Shown here: in pieces, positions 19,744-30,732 of the stretch
How positions within the stretch are numbered: the stretch's first letter is position 1
How the letters are laid out: each line of letters starts with the position of its first letter
Notes under the pieces: model-generated
What the model saw: only the letters and a program-made list of their open reading frames with translations
Told to the model about the DNA's origin: nothing
Databases searched by the model: none
DNA from: a virus
Lineage: Duplodnaviria > Caudoviricetes
Strand: one strand, 5' to 3'
Length of the DNA stretch: 64,000 nt
Virus record (IMG/VR): IMGVR_UViG_3300015615_000196
Coordinates: 160,001-224,000 of that record
Position numbers and translations under genes: made by a program

Positions 19744-21147
19744 ATGAGCGTATACCGTAGCTACTTTGCTAAGAATAATACTCTGATTCAGAACAACGAA
19801 TTAAACGTATCACAGAACCCCGTAGGTGAGATTTCATACGGGACTATGCAGCATACGGTAAGCCGCATTATCTTCAAACCTGACCTCTCTTTACTCGCTC
19901 AAAAACTCACTGACGAAGGCATTGACGTAACCAAAATTAAATCACATAGATTGGGCATGTCAAACACCATTGGATTGAGTGGAGACATCGGAGGTTTCTC
20001 GTACTCACGTATCATTGAAAGAGCAACCAGTTTTCAATTGGACTTGTTCACCGTAGTCGAAGATTGGGATGAAGGTGGAGGATATACCTTCCAGTACGAT
20101 GACGACAATTTGGTCAATCTTCCAGCAAGCGCAAGCAACTGGTATTTCAGAAAAACCAACGTACCTTGGTCAGTAGCCGGAGCCTATGTTTCAGGTGCTA
20201 CAGGAACCACTGGTATGACGGGAACTTCCGTGATCATTGGTAGTCAGGTATTCGAAAAGGGTAATGAAGCATTAAGCATTGACGTAACAGATTACGTTAA
20301 CCAGATACTTTACAGTGGTCTTACCGACAACGGTCTTGGACTTAAAATGATCGATGGTCTTGAGGCACTTGATACAATCAGACGCAGAGCCGTTGCCTTC
20401 CATTTGAAGAACACGAACACGGCATTTGATCCGTACATTGAGACAATCATTGATGACGGTATTGCTGATGATCGTAACTACTTCTTCATGGACAAGGACA
20501 ACGATCTTTACCTTTACTCGAATAAAGGAGACGTGATGATTTCAGGTGTCACCATCTACGACTATGAAGGTGAGGTATTTGAGGTTATCCCGGCAAGTGG
20601 AGTGACCAGAGTACGTAAGGGGGTCTATAAGATCACGGTAAACATCCCATCGGATACATACCCTGATGCCGTGTTGTTCAAGGACGTTTGGACGCTGTTC
20701 CAGAACGGAAAAGAAAAGGATATTTCTTTTGATTTTTATTTGGTAAGTTCGGATAATTTTTATAGTTTTGGTTTGTCTAACAGATTAAACCCCGACAACT
20801 ACCATTTTTCTTACTTCGGTGTCAACTCAGGAGAATACGTAAAGAGAGGTGACAAGAGAAGAATATCAATCAGTGTCAAGCAGTTATACAAGAACCAAGA
20901 TAGTAACTTACCGTTAAGTCTTGAGTATCGCTTGTTTACCAAGCAAAGTAGCGATGTTGAAATAGACATCATTCCTTACACAGCAGTAGATCGTACCTCA
21001 AGTGGATACGAGTTTACGTTGGATACCTCATGGTTAATTCCACAAGATTACTTCATTGACTTGAAAATTTCTGACGGGTCAGTATTTATAAGAAGAACGC
21101 CAGTCGGATTCACTATTGTATCTGATGAAGCATTCCCAAGTAGTTAA
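19744..21147 (+). CDS. Putative virion structural protein
   Basis: 467 aa, beta-rich, WDEG and W..AG motifs, preceded by TATTTAT. Confidence 0.55.
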   Translation: MSVYRSYFAKNNTLIQNNELNVSQNPVGEISYGTMQHTVSRIIFKPDLSLLAQKLTDEGIDVTKIKSHRLGMSNTIGLSGDIGGFSYSRIIERATSFQLDLFTVVEDWDEGGGYTFQYDDDNLVNLPASASNWYFRKTNVPWSVAGAYVSGATGTTGMTGTSVIIGSQVFEKGNEALSIDVTDYVNQILYSGLTDNGLGLKMIDGLEALDTIRRRAVAFHLKNTNTAFDPYIETIIDDGIADDRNYFFMDKDNDLYLYSNKGDVMISGVTIYDYEGEVFEVIPASGVTRVRKGVYKITVNIPSDTYPDAVLFKDVWTLFQNGKEKDISFDFYLVSSDNFYSFGLSNRLNPDNYHFSYFGVNSGEYVKRGDKRRISISVKQLYKNQDSNLPLSLEYRLFTKQSSDVEIDIIPYTAVDRTSSGYEFTLDTSWLIPQDYFIDLKISDGSVFIRRTPVGFTIVSDEAFPSS

Positions 21148-21267
21148 GAAAATTTGTTGAAAAAATATTTTTGTTGAATAGTTTGTAGTTGTTGAGTTTT
21201 GATTTGTAAGTTTGTTTTGTAAGTAAATTTTGTTGTTATAATTTAATTTAAACTGTTGATTCATTTT

Positions 21268-22494
21268 ATGGAGCAATTAGAAAACTCCGTAGTCGGACAA
21301 GGTTCCGAAGCGGAAGCACTTGAGGGTCTCTTCGCCAAGTATAAAGAGAGAGACGAAAAAAAGAAGAAATTTCTGAGCAAAGAAGAAATTCTTGCACGTT
21401 ACTTCAACCCAAGAAAGGACACAGAAATTTTCCGAGCACTTCCTAAACGCGAAGGCGAAGAAGTAATTGAGGAAGGCTGGTTCCACAAAGTTCAAGCGGG
21501 GAAATTCATTTCCAATACCACTGCGGTATACTGCCCTGCGAACAATAACCCCAAAGTACAAGCAAAGGACAAAGATGGAAATCTTGTTTCTGACCAAGCA
21601 GGAAACCCTGTGATGGTGAAGCAGTATTGCCCTTTGTGTGCTAAGGCAGCTTCTATCAAAGCAAAGCAAGACAAGAGCATTGCTGGAAAGAAAGAAAAGG
21701 ACATCACTGATCCGAACGAGAAGGCAATCTTCGAAAAGAACAAAGCGATCTTCAAAAGATCAAGTGCGTTCGAAGCGAAGCAATACTACATTGTTCGTGG
21801 TATCGACAGAGGTGCAGAGAAAGACGGCATCAAATTCTGGCGATTCAAGCACAACTTCAAGAACCAAGGTGTTCATGACAAGTTGATGCCGATCATTAAG
21901 GACTACTACAAGCAGACTGGCAAAGTCTATTCGAATTCCGAACAAGGAATCGACTTGATGATCAGCGTGGTTGACAACGAATTCATGGGAAGAAAATTCC
22001 GTGATGTGTCGGCAATCATCCCACGTATGCCATCAAAACTTCACTCTGATCCTGTGATCATGAAGCAATTACTCGATGACAAGACGACTTGGAAAGAAGT
22101 TTTCAAGCCGAAGAAAGCACCGGGTATTGACGAAGTCACTTACCTCAAACTCGCAGCAGAGGAACGCGAACTTGGTCAGAAGACCGACATGCGTAACACT
22201 CCGTTCTACGATGAAGAAGTGAAGAAGTGGGTATTCCCGAATCACCCCGATCTTGAAGAAGCAGCGAATACGAAGAATCGTAATCTCGATGCTGATCAAG
22301 GCGACCAATACGATGCTCCCGATGAAGACGGGTACGTAGCAGCAGCAACGTCAGTTGTTAGTCAAAAGAACACACCAGACATCACTGAAATGAGTACGTC
22401 TGCTGCCCCAACTGCAACCAATAACAATCTTGGTTCAGTAAACGTAGGTGCACCTGCAAATGCTGGTGGAGCCTATGATGATCTTCCGTTCTAA
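21268..22494 (+). CDS. Single-stranded DNA-binding protein (T4 gp32-like)
   Basis: FRALP, WFH...C...CPLC putative Zn site, KFWRF, acidic tail ending DDLPF; ATG 21268. Confidence 0.8.
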   Translation: MEQLENSVVGQGSEAEALEGLFAKYKERDEKKKKFLSKEEILARYFNPRKDTEIFRALPKREGEEVIEEGWFHKVQAGKFISNTTAVYCPANNNPKVQAKDKDGNLVSDQAGNPVMVKQYCPLCAKAASIKAKQDKSIAGKKEKDITDPNEKAIFEKNKAIFKRSSAFEAKQYYIVRGIDRGAEKDGIKFWRFKHNFKNQGVHDKLMPIIKDYYKQTGKVYSNSEQGIDLMISVVDNEFMGRKFRDVSAIIPRMPSKLHSDPVIMKQLLDDKTTWKEVFKPKKAPGIDEVTYLKLAAEERELGQKTDMRNTPFYDEEVKKWVFPNHPDLEEAANTKNRNLDADQGDQYDAPDEDGYVAAATSVVSQKNTPDITEMSTSAAPTATNNNLGSVNVGAPANAGGAYDDLPF

Positions 22495-22520
22495 AAGCAG
22501 AAGCCAGATCATAAATTTTG

Positions 22521-22550
22521 ACGAGAAGCGAGTAACATCGCTTCTCGTTT
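22521..22550 (+). terminator. Stem-loop / terminator
   Basis: ACGAGAAGCGA / TCGCTTCTCGT inverted repeat. Confidence 0.6.
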
Positions 22551-22578
22551 AAATAACCTTATCCATAAAGTTTATGGA

Positions 22579-23667
22579 ATGGAACCGCAAAAGAGACCAA
22601 TACCAAAAAAGACTTTTTCTTTAGAAGATTTCAAAAAGAAAACGGGTGGTGCAGATGTACCGGATAAAGCAACAGAATTTATTCCACTTTCACCAGCGTT
22701 TCAAAAAGCAACCGGACTTCCCGGTATACCAAAAGGATATACGACTTTGTTCAGAGGTTTTTCAAACACTGGCAAGTCAACTGCACTTTGTGAAACTCTT
22801 GTAGCATATCAAAAGGCAGGAGTTCTCCCGATTATCATTGATACTGAAAACAACCTCGGAAGAGAGCGTTTGAAGGCAATGGGATTCAATTGGGATGATG
22901 GATTTTATATCGACATCGATAACGAATTCTTACTTGAAACATTCGGCAAGAAAAAAGAACCGAATAAGTTGGAGGCAACAATTGAGGACTTGGGTGATGC
23001 AATTCACTTCTACCTTGACAAGCAAGCCTCTGGCGAACTACCATACGAATTGATTTTCGCAATCGACTCGTTGGGTACGTTGGATTGTGATTTGACAGTA
23101 AGAGCGAAAGCAAACGACACGTCAAATAACAACATGTGGAATGCCGGAGCATTCGAAAGAACATTCAAATCAATTTTGAACTATCGTATTCCGGGTTCAC
23201 GTAAGACCAACAAACAATACACCAACACTTTAGTTGCTGTTCAAAAAATTTGGTTGGAAGCACAACCAGTTGGACAGCCTGTGGTAAGACACAAAGGTGG
23301 TGATGCATTTTTGTTCGGTGCACGTTTGATTGTACATCATGGTGGAAAGAAAACACAGGGTGTAAAATACATCAGTGCAACGTCAAAGGGAACTGAAATA
23401 TCATTCGGTATTCAAACTGCAATTGAAGCAGTGAAGAACCAGATTGATGGCCCTTACGGTGGTATCTCGATCCAAGGAGATATAATCTCAACACCACATG
23501 GATTCATTGGAACATCACCAGAAGACATTACGGCATACAAGAAGAAGAACCTCTCGTACTTCCGTGATAAATTGGGATCGGACTTGAAGGAATCAGACAT
23601 CGATACAAAATTCGATGTATCCAACATGGACGATAACGATGTGAAATCATTGTTGAACGAAATGTAA
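22579..23667 (+). CDS. RecA/UvsX-like recombinase
   Basis: GIPKG, GFSNTGKST (Walker A), IIDTE, AIDSLG (Walker B), KGG..F, AVKN. Confidence 0.9.
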   Translation: MEPQKRPIPKKTFSLEDFKKKTGGADVPDKATEFIPLSPAFQKATGLPGIPKGYTTLFRGFSNTGKSTALCETLVAYQKAGVLPIIIDTENNLGRERLKAMGFNWDDGFYIDIDNEFLLETFGKKKEPNKLEATIEDLGDAIHFYLDKQASGELPYELIFAIDSLGTLDCDLTVRAKANDTSNNNMWNAGAFERTFKSILNYRIPGSRKTNKQYTNTLVAVQKIWLEAQPVGQPVVRHKGGDAFLFGARLIVHHGGKKTQGVKYISATSKGTEISFGIQTAIEAVKNQIDGPYGGISIQGDIISTPHGFIGTSPEDITAYKKKNLSYFRDKLGSDLKESDIDTKFDVSNMDDNDVKSLLNEM

Positions 23668-23673
23668 ATTATG

Positions 23674-23703
23674 TCCGGGACTCATTTCTGAGTCCCGGAT
23701 TTT
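23674..23703 (+). terminator. Rho-independent terminator
   Basis: TCCGGGACTCA-tttc-TGAGTCCCGGA followed by TTTT. Confidence 0.8.
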
Positions 23704-23708
23704 ACCTT

Positions 23709-24752
23709 ATGGATGCTAAAACACTACTCGTAGATGCTTCGTACTTATTCAAACGCTCCCTTCACGGTGTCAAGAACAGTTACGATAAACAAGGTCATCA
23801 CATCGGAGCCGTATATGGTTTCTTAACCAAGATACGTAAGCTGATCAAAGACTATACAATCAATAAAGTGGTGTTGGCATGGGATGGGGAGAACGGTGGT
23901 ATTCATCGTCACCAGATTGACTACATGTACAAGTCCAATAGAAAGGACAAGTCGTGGTATACACCAATCGAATTGACGGACGAAGAAATCAGAGCCGAGA
24001 AAGAGAAAAAAGAATCGGTTCTTCTTCAACGTAAGAGAGTACAACTGTATGCGGAGGAATTGTTTTTCCGTCAACTGGAAGTGAATGATATTGAGGCAGA
24101 TGATTTGATCGCAGCATATTGCGTGAAGCATCACAAGACCGAAGACATCTTGTTGTATACCAACGATAAAGACTTCCTTCAACTGTTGACGCTGGACATC
24201 AAGATTTATCTTGAAAGCGTGGGCAAGATTGTAGAGGCCGGGAATTTCTTTGAATTCTTTCCGTACTTCTACAAGAATGCACTAACCCTCAAAATCCTTT
24301 GTGGTGACGATAGTGATATGATCGAAGGTGTGAAAGGCATCAAAGAGACTACGCTATTGAAGCATTTTCCAGAACTCATTGATAGTGAGGTGAGTGTTCG
24401 TCACATCTGCAAACGTTCGGTAGAAATTAATGAACAAAGAAAATTAGAAAAAAAGAAGCCGTTGGCAGCTATTGCCAACATAACCAGCAACATAGATCGA
24501 TTGAGGATGAATCACCAACTGATGAATCTCTTCGAACCGTTTCTTAATGAGGCTGCTTATCAGGCACTTGAAGATTTGAGCATACCGTTGTCGGCAGATG
24601 ACCGGGGAGGTAACAACCTCTACAAGATTGTACAGGAAGACGACTTGCTGGCATCGTACTCCAACTACGGTAACTACTCAAGCTACATGCAACCATTTTA
24701 TCAAGTCATATCGAGAGAAAAAGATTTGTTGAAAAAGTTTTGCCAACAATAA
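23709..24752 (+). CDS. 5'-3' exonuclease / flap endonuclease (T4 RNase H-like)
   Basis: LLVDAS, AWDG, YKSNR, EADDLIA, TNDKDFLQL, GDDSDMIEGVKGI. Confidence 0.95.
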   Translation: MDAKTLLVDASYLFKRSLHGVKNSYDKQGHHIGAVYGFLTKIRKLIKDYTINKVVLAWDGENGGIHRHQIDYMYKSNRKDKSWYTPIELTDEEIRAEKEKKESVLLQRKRVQLYAEELFFRQLEVNDIEADDLIAAYCVKHHKTEDILLYTNDKDFLQLLTLDIKIYLESVGKIVEAGNFFEFFPYFYKNALTLKILCGDDSDMIEGVKGIKETTLLKHFPELIDSEVSVRHICKRSVEINEQRKLEKKKPLAAIANITSNIDRLRMNHQLMNLFEPFLNEAAYQALEDLSIPLSADDRGGNNLYKIVQEDDLLASYSNYGNYSSYMQPFYQVISREKDLLKKFCQQ

Positions 24753-24800
24753 ATCATTTTAGTAAAATTGCTTTGTGCAACCCTTTAAAGAAAGACATTT

Positions 24801-25472
24801 ATGTCAGAAGAAAAAAAACAGGAAAACTTTTTTAAGTTTGGACTTTATCTCAGAGGCGAAAAGATATTCGAAAGAATATTCAGTGCTGATCTGTATAATC
24901 CTGTTGTTCGTTACTCAGTAGATATTCGTGACAAGAGTCCGAATATCATTGCAAACATTCAAAACGTACTCCAATCAACAGAATTGACCTTCGAAGATTT
25001 CTTGGGACAAAACACCAAGAACTACTACAAGCATATCTGTAAGATAAACAGAATGGCTCCGATCAAGTTGTTTGTGCCAACAAACTACAGAGACAAGGAT
25101 CGTGATGCTCAACAGAAATCCAAGTTTCAAGGTAAGGGAACGGAATTCAAGTTCGGATTGTATATCAACAACAACCCAATTGTCGAGCGTAATTTCTACG
25201 TAGACAATTACAATCCAGATGCAAGATTCTCGAATGAACTCTACACCTTGCTCAATGAGATCGTAGACTTTCTCGTCTCGTACCTCAAAACTCGCGATGT
25301 AAATCACATGTGGAACGATTACGATTTGATCACTGCCTACGAGTTGAACATTCAACAAGTAAGGGAACTGTCAAAGGAAAAGCGTGAAGAATTCTTACGT
25401 AGAAAGGGCGATCTTGCTTTCATCGAGAAGGTGAGAACCGACTACAACAAGAACTCTGAATACGCAGCGTAA
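24801..25472 (+). CDS. Hypothetical protein with an internally duplicated domain
   Basis: FKFGLY...ER.F..D.YNP..R.S occurs twice. Confidence 0.8.
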   Translation: MSEEKKQENFFKFGLYLRGEKIFERIFSADLYNPVVRYSVDIRDKSPNIIANIQNVLQSTELTFEDFLGQNTKNYYKHICKINRMAPIKLFVPTNYRDKDRDAQQKSKFQGKGTEFKFGLYINNNPIVERNFYVDNYNPDARFSNELYTLLNEIVDFLVSYLKTRDVNHMWNDYDLITAYELNIQQVRELSKEKREEFLRRKGDLAFIEKVRTDYNKNSEYAA

Positions 25473-25484
25473 TCACTACATAAC

Positions 25485-27086
25485 ATGAGCGAAGAGAGCA
25501 AAGATAATAAAGATGTTCTTGGATACTTAGGTCAATCGTTTCAGGAAAAGGTCTTGTGGCAACTACTGGTTCATCCAGAGTTTGCTGAAATGGCTATCCC
25601 AAGTCTGAGTACGACTTACTTCGATAATCAGCAGCATAAGTTCATTATGAGCATGATTAAGAAGTATTTCGAGCAGAACAATATTCCCGCAACACTCAGA
25701 AACAGATCAATCTACGAATTCATCAATGCAACCAACAAATCATTGGTTGACAAGGAAACTGCGTTCGGTGTTTTAAATCGTATGATGAATTACGATGTGA
25801 ACATTGCGAACGGAGTGATCCTTAATGATGGAGAAAGTGTGCAGAAGACCGTCTGGTTCTTCATCAAACAGCAGGAGTCAAAGATACTTGCCAACGACAT
25901 TTTTGATAAAATCAAAACCGGATCGTTGGAAGATAACGTTCATTTCTTTGAAGATAAATTCAAAGAGATTATGAAATTGGGCGAGAAGCATGACTTTGGT
26001 GAAGATGTATTCCACAACATCGAAGATGCTCTTAAAGAAGACTACCGTCAACCAATTCCCACTGGCATCAAAGCGATTGATGAAGCAATGGCAGGTGGTT
26101 TGGGTAAGGGTGAAATGGGTATTGCACTTATGGCATATGGCGTTGGTAAGACAACGTTCTTGACCAAGTGTGCAAATACCGCTTACAACATGGGTAAGAA
26201 CGTTCTTCAAATATTCTTTGAAGATAACGAAAGCGACATCAAGAGAAAGCATTATACATTGTGGTCAAAGATTCCGTTGTCGGAGTTGAAGGAAAAACGT
26301 GAGACTGCAATTGAGTTGGTGAAGAAGTTTTACGATGACCGTAAGGCGGGGAACGTGGGTGGTAGATTGATCTTGAAGAAGATGGATCAAGAGAACACAA
26401 CGATTCCGATGATCAAGAACTGGATTCTAAACTACGAGAAGTTGAACGGTATCAAGTTTGATTTGATTCTTCTTGACTATCTCGATTGCGTTGAACCACA
26501 TAAGCCAACACAGGGAGATCAGAACAAAGGCGAATTGATTGTAGTCAAAGCGTTTGAAGCATTGATTGCAGAACTCGATATTCCGGGATGGACAGCCGTA
26601 CAGGGTAACCGTAGTGCTGTACGTTCAGAATTCGTGCATGGTGATCAAATGGGTGGTAACATCAAGAGAGCGCAAAAAACACACTTCCTGTTTTCTGTAG
26701 CTAAATCACAGGAGCAGAAGCAGGATAATCTTGCAAACGTTCAAATCATCAAGTCGCGTATGACCAAAGACGGTCAAGTGTACGAGAATGCGATCTATAA
26801 TAACGATACGCTTGAAATCAGATGTATTGAAGGAATCCGTCCAAGCGAAACATCAAGTGCAAAAAAAGCAAATGCTCGTAAGGACAAACAGTTAGATGTT
26901 GCAGGAACATTATTTTCAAGTGCTGAGATTGTGCAAATGAGTGAGGACGAGATACGACAAAGAAAAGAGGCGTATATTAGAAAGCAACAACAAGAACAAG
27001 AGAAAAACAACGAAGTAAAAAACGATTCTTCTGATAATCAATCAGATAAAATTGTCGAAAATATTTCTGTTGAATTGAAAGAATAA
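25485..27086 (+). CDS. Replicative DnaB-like helicase (T4 gp41-like)
   Basis: IPTG..IDE...GGLGKGE, YGVGKT, FFED, LLDYLD, WTAVQGNR, IKSR. Confidence 0.93.
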   Translation: MSEESKDNKDVLGYLGQSFQEKVLWQLLVHPEFAEMAIPSLSTTYFDNQQHKFIMSMIKKYFEQNNIPATLRNRSIYEFINATNKSLVDKETAFGVLNRMMNYDVNIANGVILNDGESVQKTVWFFIKQQESKILANDIFDKIKTGSLEDNVHFFEDKFKEIMKLGEKHDFGEDVFHNIEDALKEDYRQPIPTGIKAIDEAMAGGLGKGEMGIALMAYGVGKTTFLTKCANTAYNMGKNVLQIFFEDNESDIKRKHYTLWSKIPLSELKEKRETAIELVKKFYDDRKAGNVGGRLILKKMDQENTTIPMIKNWILNYEKLNGIKFDLILLDYLDCVEPHKPTQGDQNKGELIVVKAFEALIAELDIPGWTAVQGNRSAVRSEFVHGDQMGGNIKRAQKTHFLFSVAKSQEQKQDNLANVQIIKSRMTKDGQVYENAIYNNDTLEIRCIEGIRPSETSSAKKANARKDKQLDVAGTLFSSAEIVQMSEDEIRQRKEAYIRKQQQEQEKNNEVKNDSSDNQSDKIVENISVELKE

Positions 27087-27181
27087 TGTAAGTTGCATCG
27101 CTATTTATGTTGACACTTCGCTACGTAGAATAGCACCAAAAAATTTATTTTATTTTATAAAAATTCATAAGAAATAATCGT

Positions 27182-29509
27182 ATGAGTAGCACCGTTTTCG
27201 TCATAAAAAGAAATGGCACAAGAGAAGAACTCAATTTTGACAAGATAAACAACGTTTTAATGTGGGCATGTGAAGGCATCAAGAATGTAAGTGCCTCCGA
27301 CATTGCGATGAACGCAAAACTTCAAATGGTAGATGGTGTAAAGACCATCGACATTCACAACATCCTGATTCAATCCGCATGTGATTTGATTTCAGAGGAC
27401 ACTCCGAACTATCAGTATGTTGCATCAAACCTTCTGAACTACTTGTTGAGAAAACAAGTGTTTGAAGCGAAAGACGCTCTCCCCTCTCTCTACGATGTAA
27501 TCAAGAAAAATGTAGAATGGGAAATTTACGATTCCCTTCTGCTTGAAAAATATTCAAAGGAAGAAATCAATCAAATCGACAAGTGGATAAAGCACAGTCG
27601 TGATTTCAACCTTACCTACGCTGGTATTCAGCAATTGGTGGACAAGTACCTGTTGAAAGATCGTTTCACTGGTAAGTTGTATGAGACCCCTCAATTCATG
27701 TATATGCTTATCGCCATGACTATTTTCATGGACTATAAGACCGATAGATTGAAGTGGGTGAAGAAGTTCTACGATCATATTTCTCTCTTTAAATTAAGCC
27801 TTCCTACGCCCATTATGGCAGGTGTACGCACACCAAATCGCCAGTGGTCTTCATGTACCCTGATTGATGTTGGTGATGATCTTGACTCTATATTTACGTC
27901 AAACAGTGCCATTGGGTATTACAGTGCGAAACGAGCAGGTATTGGGTTAAATTTTGGCCGTATTCGCGCTCTCGGAGATAAAATTCGTGGTGGGGAGGTT
28001 GTACACACGGGCGTAATCCCGTATTTGAAGATGTTTGAATCAACCGTGAAGTCCGTTACACAAAACGGAATTCGCGGGGGTTCAGCAACTGCGTACTTCC
28101 CTTGGTGGCATAAAGAAACGATGGACATTCTTGTGTTGAAGAACAACAAGGGTACGGATGATAACCGTGTTCGTAAATTAGACTACGCAATTCAGTTCAA
28201 TCGTTTATTCTATCAACGTGTAATTGAAGATGGTACAGTAACCCTCTTCTCACCCAATGACATTCCCAATCTTTATGAATCATTCTTTGAATCAAATGAA
28301 AAGTTCGAAGAGATTTACTTGAAGTACGAGAACAACAAGAATTTCAAGACCAAGAAAGTAAAGGCAAGAGAACTCTTCAATTCATTTTTACAGGAACGCA
28401 TTTCAACAGGTAGAATCTACTTGATGAATGTAGACCATGCAAACTCACACAGTTCATTCATCGACAAAATATACACATCGAATTTGTGCACGGAAGTAAC
28501 ACTCCCAACGACTCCGATGAAGCACATTGATGACGATGATTCAACTGCTGCTGAAATTGCTCTCTGTGTTCTTGCTGCTGTAAACTTGGGTGAGATCAAA
28601 GACATTGCAGAAATTGAAGAGATCATGGAGTCTGCTGTTCGTGCACTTGACTTTGTGATTGAACACCAAGACTATCCGGTGAAAGCAGCACTCAAGATGC
28701 TCAAGAGAAGATCATTGGGTATCGGTATCACCAACCTTGCATACTATCTTGCAAAGAATGATGTTGGATACGAAGACAAAGGTGCATTGAAGTTGGTAGA
28801 TCAAACAATGGAAGCTATTCAATTCTTTGGCATCAAAGCCAGTGTAAAACTTGCGAAAGAATTTGGCAAGTGTGAATGGTTCGACAAAACGAAATACTCA
28901 TTGGGTATTCTCCCAATTGACACATACAAAAAGGAAGTTGATGGTTTGACTAATCGTAAACACACATACGATTGGGAAGAACTTCGTGCAGAAGTTCAAG
29001 AGCATGGGATGCGTAATTCATGCATCACTGCTGAAATGCCATGTGAGTCATCTTCATTGGTAACAAATTCAACGAATGGTATGGAACCAGTTCGTGCATT
29101 GATCACCAGTAAGAAGTCAAAGCAGGGAATCATCAAAGTTGTAGTTCCAGATTTCAACAAACTCAAAAACAAATACACACTCGCCTTCGATATGAAGGAC
29201 AACAAGAGCATCACCAACATTCAGGCGGTAATGCAGAAGTGGATCGATCAGGCAATTTCTTCAAACCACTACTACGATTTCACGAAGTCGGATGATGGAG
29301 AAATTTCGTTGTCGGAGTTGGGTATGGACATTCTTTACGCCTACAAAATGGGTGCGAAGACCCTGTACTACGCAAATTCGAATGATGGGAAGTCAGATGA
29401 CCATGAAAAACAGCTAAAACGACTTGACATTAACGAACCAAAAGACGTATCTTTGGCTGTGGCTCAGACCGATGAAGCAGGATGCGAGTCGGGTGCATGT
29501 AGCGTGTAA
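27182..29509 (+). CDS. nrdA: Ribonucleotide reductase class Ia alpha subunit with N-terminal ATP cone
   Basis: VIKRNG ATP cone, PTPIMAG, SSC, SNLCTE, TLYY, C-terminal CESGAC. Confidence 0.97.
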   Translation: MSSTVFVIKRNGTREELNFDKINNVLMWACEGIKNVSASDIAMNAKLQMVDGVKTIDIHNILIQSACDLISEDTPNYQYVASNLLNYLLRKQVFEAKDALPSLYDVIKKNVEWEIYDSLLLEKYSKEEINQIDKWIKHSRDFNLTYAGIQQLVDKYLLKDRFTGKLYETPQFMYMLIAMTIFMDYKTDRLKWVKKFYDHISLFKLSLPTPIMAGVRTPNRQWSSCTLIDVGDDLDSIFTSNSAIGYYSAKRAGIGLNFGRIRALGDKIRGGEVVHTGVIPYLKMFESTVKSVTQNGIRGGSATAYFPWWHKETMDILVLKNNKGTDDNRVRKLDYAIQFNRLFYQRVIEDGTVTLFSPNDIPNLYESFFESNEKFEEIYLKYENNKNFKTKKVKARELFNSFLQERISTGRIYLMNVDHANSHSSFIDKIYTSNLCTEVTLPTTPMKHIDDDDSTAAEIALCVLAAVNLGEIKDIAEIEEIMESAVRALDFVIEHQDYPVKAALKMLKRRSLGIGITNLAYYLAKNDVGYEDKGALKLVDQTMEAIQFFGIKASVKLAKEFGKCEWFDKTKYSLGILPIDTYKKEVDGLTNRKHTYDWEELRAEVQEHGMRNSCITAEMPCESSSLVTNSTNGMEPVRALITSKKSKQGIIKVVVPDFNKLKNKYTLAFDMKDNKSITNIQAVMQKWIDQAISSNHYYDFTKSDDGEISLSELGMDILYAYKMGAKTLYYANSNDGKSDDHEKQLKRLDINEPKDVSLAVAQTDEAGCESGACSV

Positions 29510-29523
29510 CTAAAACTCAGGAA

Positions 29524-30609
29524 ATGAGCGAAAAATCAATTATCAACGTAAAGCAAGTTGACTTTACGAAGGAACCTATTTTCTTTGGAGAAAAATTGAA
29601 TCTCCAACGGTATGATCGTTTCAAATACGAGAATATCTTCGGCATGTTCAAAAAACAAATGGGATTCTTTTGGAGACCAGAAGAAATTGCATTGGGCGGG
29701 AAGGAACGTGGCGACTACAATTCGTTGACTGATCACCAGAAGTTCATCTTCACAAAAAATTTGGGCTACCAGATTTTATTGGACAGTGTTCAGAGCCGGG
29801 GTATCTCGAATCTGTTGGAAAATTGTTCAAATCCAGAAGTTGAGGCATTCGCCAAGATATGGGAATTCTATGAAACCCTGCACTCCTACTCCTACACATA
29901 TATTATAAAGAATGTGTACTCAAATCCGAGTGAGGTGTTTGATCAAATTCTGGTAGATGAAGAAATTATCAAGCGCACAACGTCCGTGACCAAGTACTAC
30001 GATGCGTTGATCAATTCCATTTCAAATGGGAACGCCACCGAATACAGCCAGAAGAAAGCATTGTACCTGACTTTGATGTCGATCAATATTCTTGAGGGCA
30101 TTCGATTCTATGTAAGTTTCGCTTGCTCGTTCTCATTTGCAGAAAACAAGAAAATGGAAGGTAATGCCAAAATTATTAGTTTCATCGCCCGTGACGAAAA
30201 CTTGCATTTGGGCTTTACTCAGTTCTTGATCAAATTACTCCGTACCGATCCATCGGAAGGCTTCACTCAAGTAGCGAAAGACTGTGAAAAAATCGTCTAC
30301 GGTATGTTTGAGGATGCTGCAAAAGAAGAGATCGAATGGGCAGAATATCTTTTCAAAGATGGCTCATTATTAGGACTTAACGCTGAAATCTTAACGCAAT
30401 ACATGAAGTGGTTGACCAACCAAAGAATGAAGGCAATAGGATTGAAGCCAATGTTCGACCAAGCAAACAATCCGATCAACTGGATGCGCAATTGGATTGA
30501 TTCTAAAGCAGTTCAGAATGCACCACAAGAAACGGAGATCGAATCGTATGTTGTTGGTTCAGTGAAAAACGACTTGGATAGTGCCGATTTCTCGGACTTC
30601 AAACTTTAA
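29524..30609 (+). CDS. nrdB: Ribonucleotide reductase class Ia beta subunit
   Basis: FFWRPEE, LDSVQ, ETLHSYSY, LEGIRFYVSF, RDENLH, APQETE. Confidence 0.97.
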   Translation: MSEKSIINVKQVDFTKEPIFFGEKLNLQRYDRFKYENIFGMFKKQMGFFWRPEEIALGGKERGDYNSLTDHQKFIFTKNLGYQILLDSVQSRGISNLLENCSNPEVEAFAKIWEFYETLHSYSYTYIIKNVYSNPSEVFDQILVDEEIIKRTTSVTKYYDALINSISNGNATEYSQKKALYLTLMSINILEGIRFYVSFACSFSFAENKKMEGNAKIISFIARDENLHLGFTQFLIKLLRTDPSEGFTQVAKDCEKIVYGMFEDAAKEEIEWAEYLFKDGSLLGLNAEILTQYMKWLTNQRMKAIGLKPMFDQANNPINWMRNWIDSKAVQNAPQETEIESYVVGSVKNDLDSADFSDFKL

Positions 30610-30702
30610 GTGAAATTTTTTACTGTTTTTTATAACCTTTTATAGAAAACTTCGTATTTATCTTTACCCTCAAAAAAAAGTTGAAAAATTTTTGATGGGG
30701 GC

Positions 30703-30732
30703 TTGACAAAGAGAAAAGTATTAGTACCTTTG
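30703..30732 (+). promoter_or_regulatory. Bacteroidota sigma-A-type promoter for the ncRNA island
   Basis: TTG at 30703, 19 nt spacer, TACCTTTG at 30725-30732 (TAnnTTTG). Confidence 0.65.

Noticed and set aside
27182-30609. Inteins or introns in nrdA/nrdB (also checked helicase, recA and polB)
   Set aside because: ORFs appear continuous and of normal length, with no intein or homing endonuclease motifs
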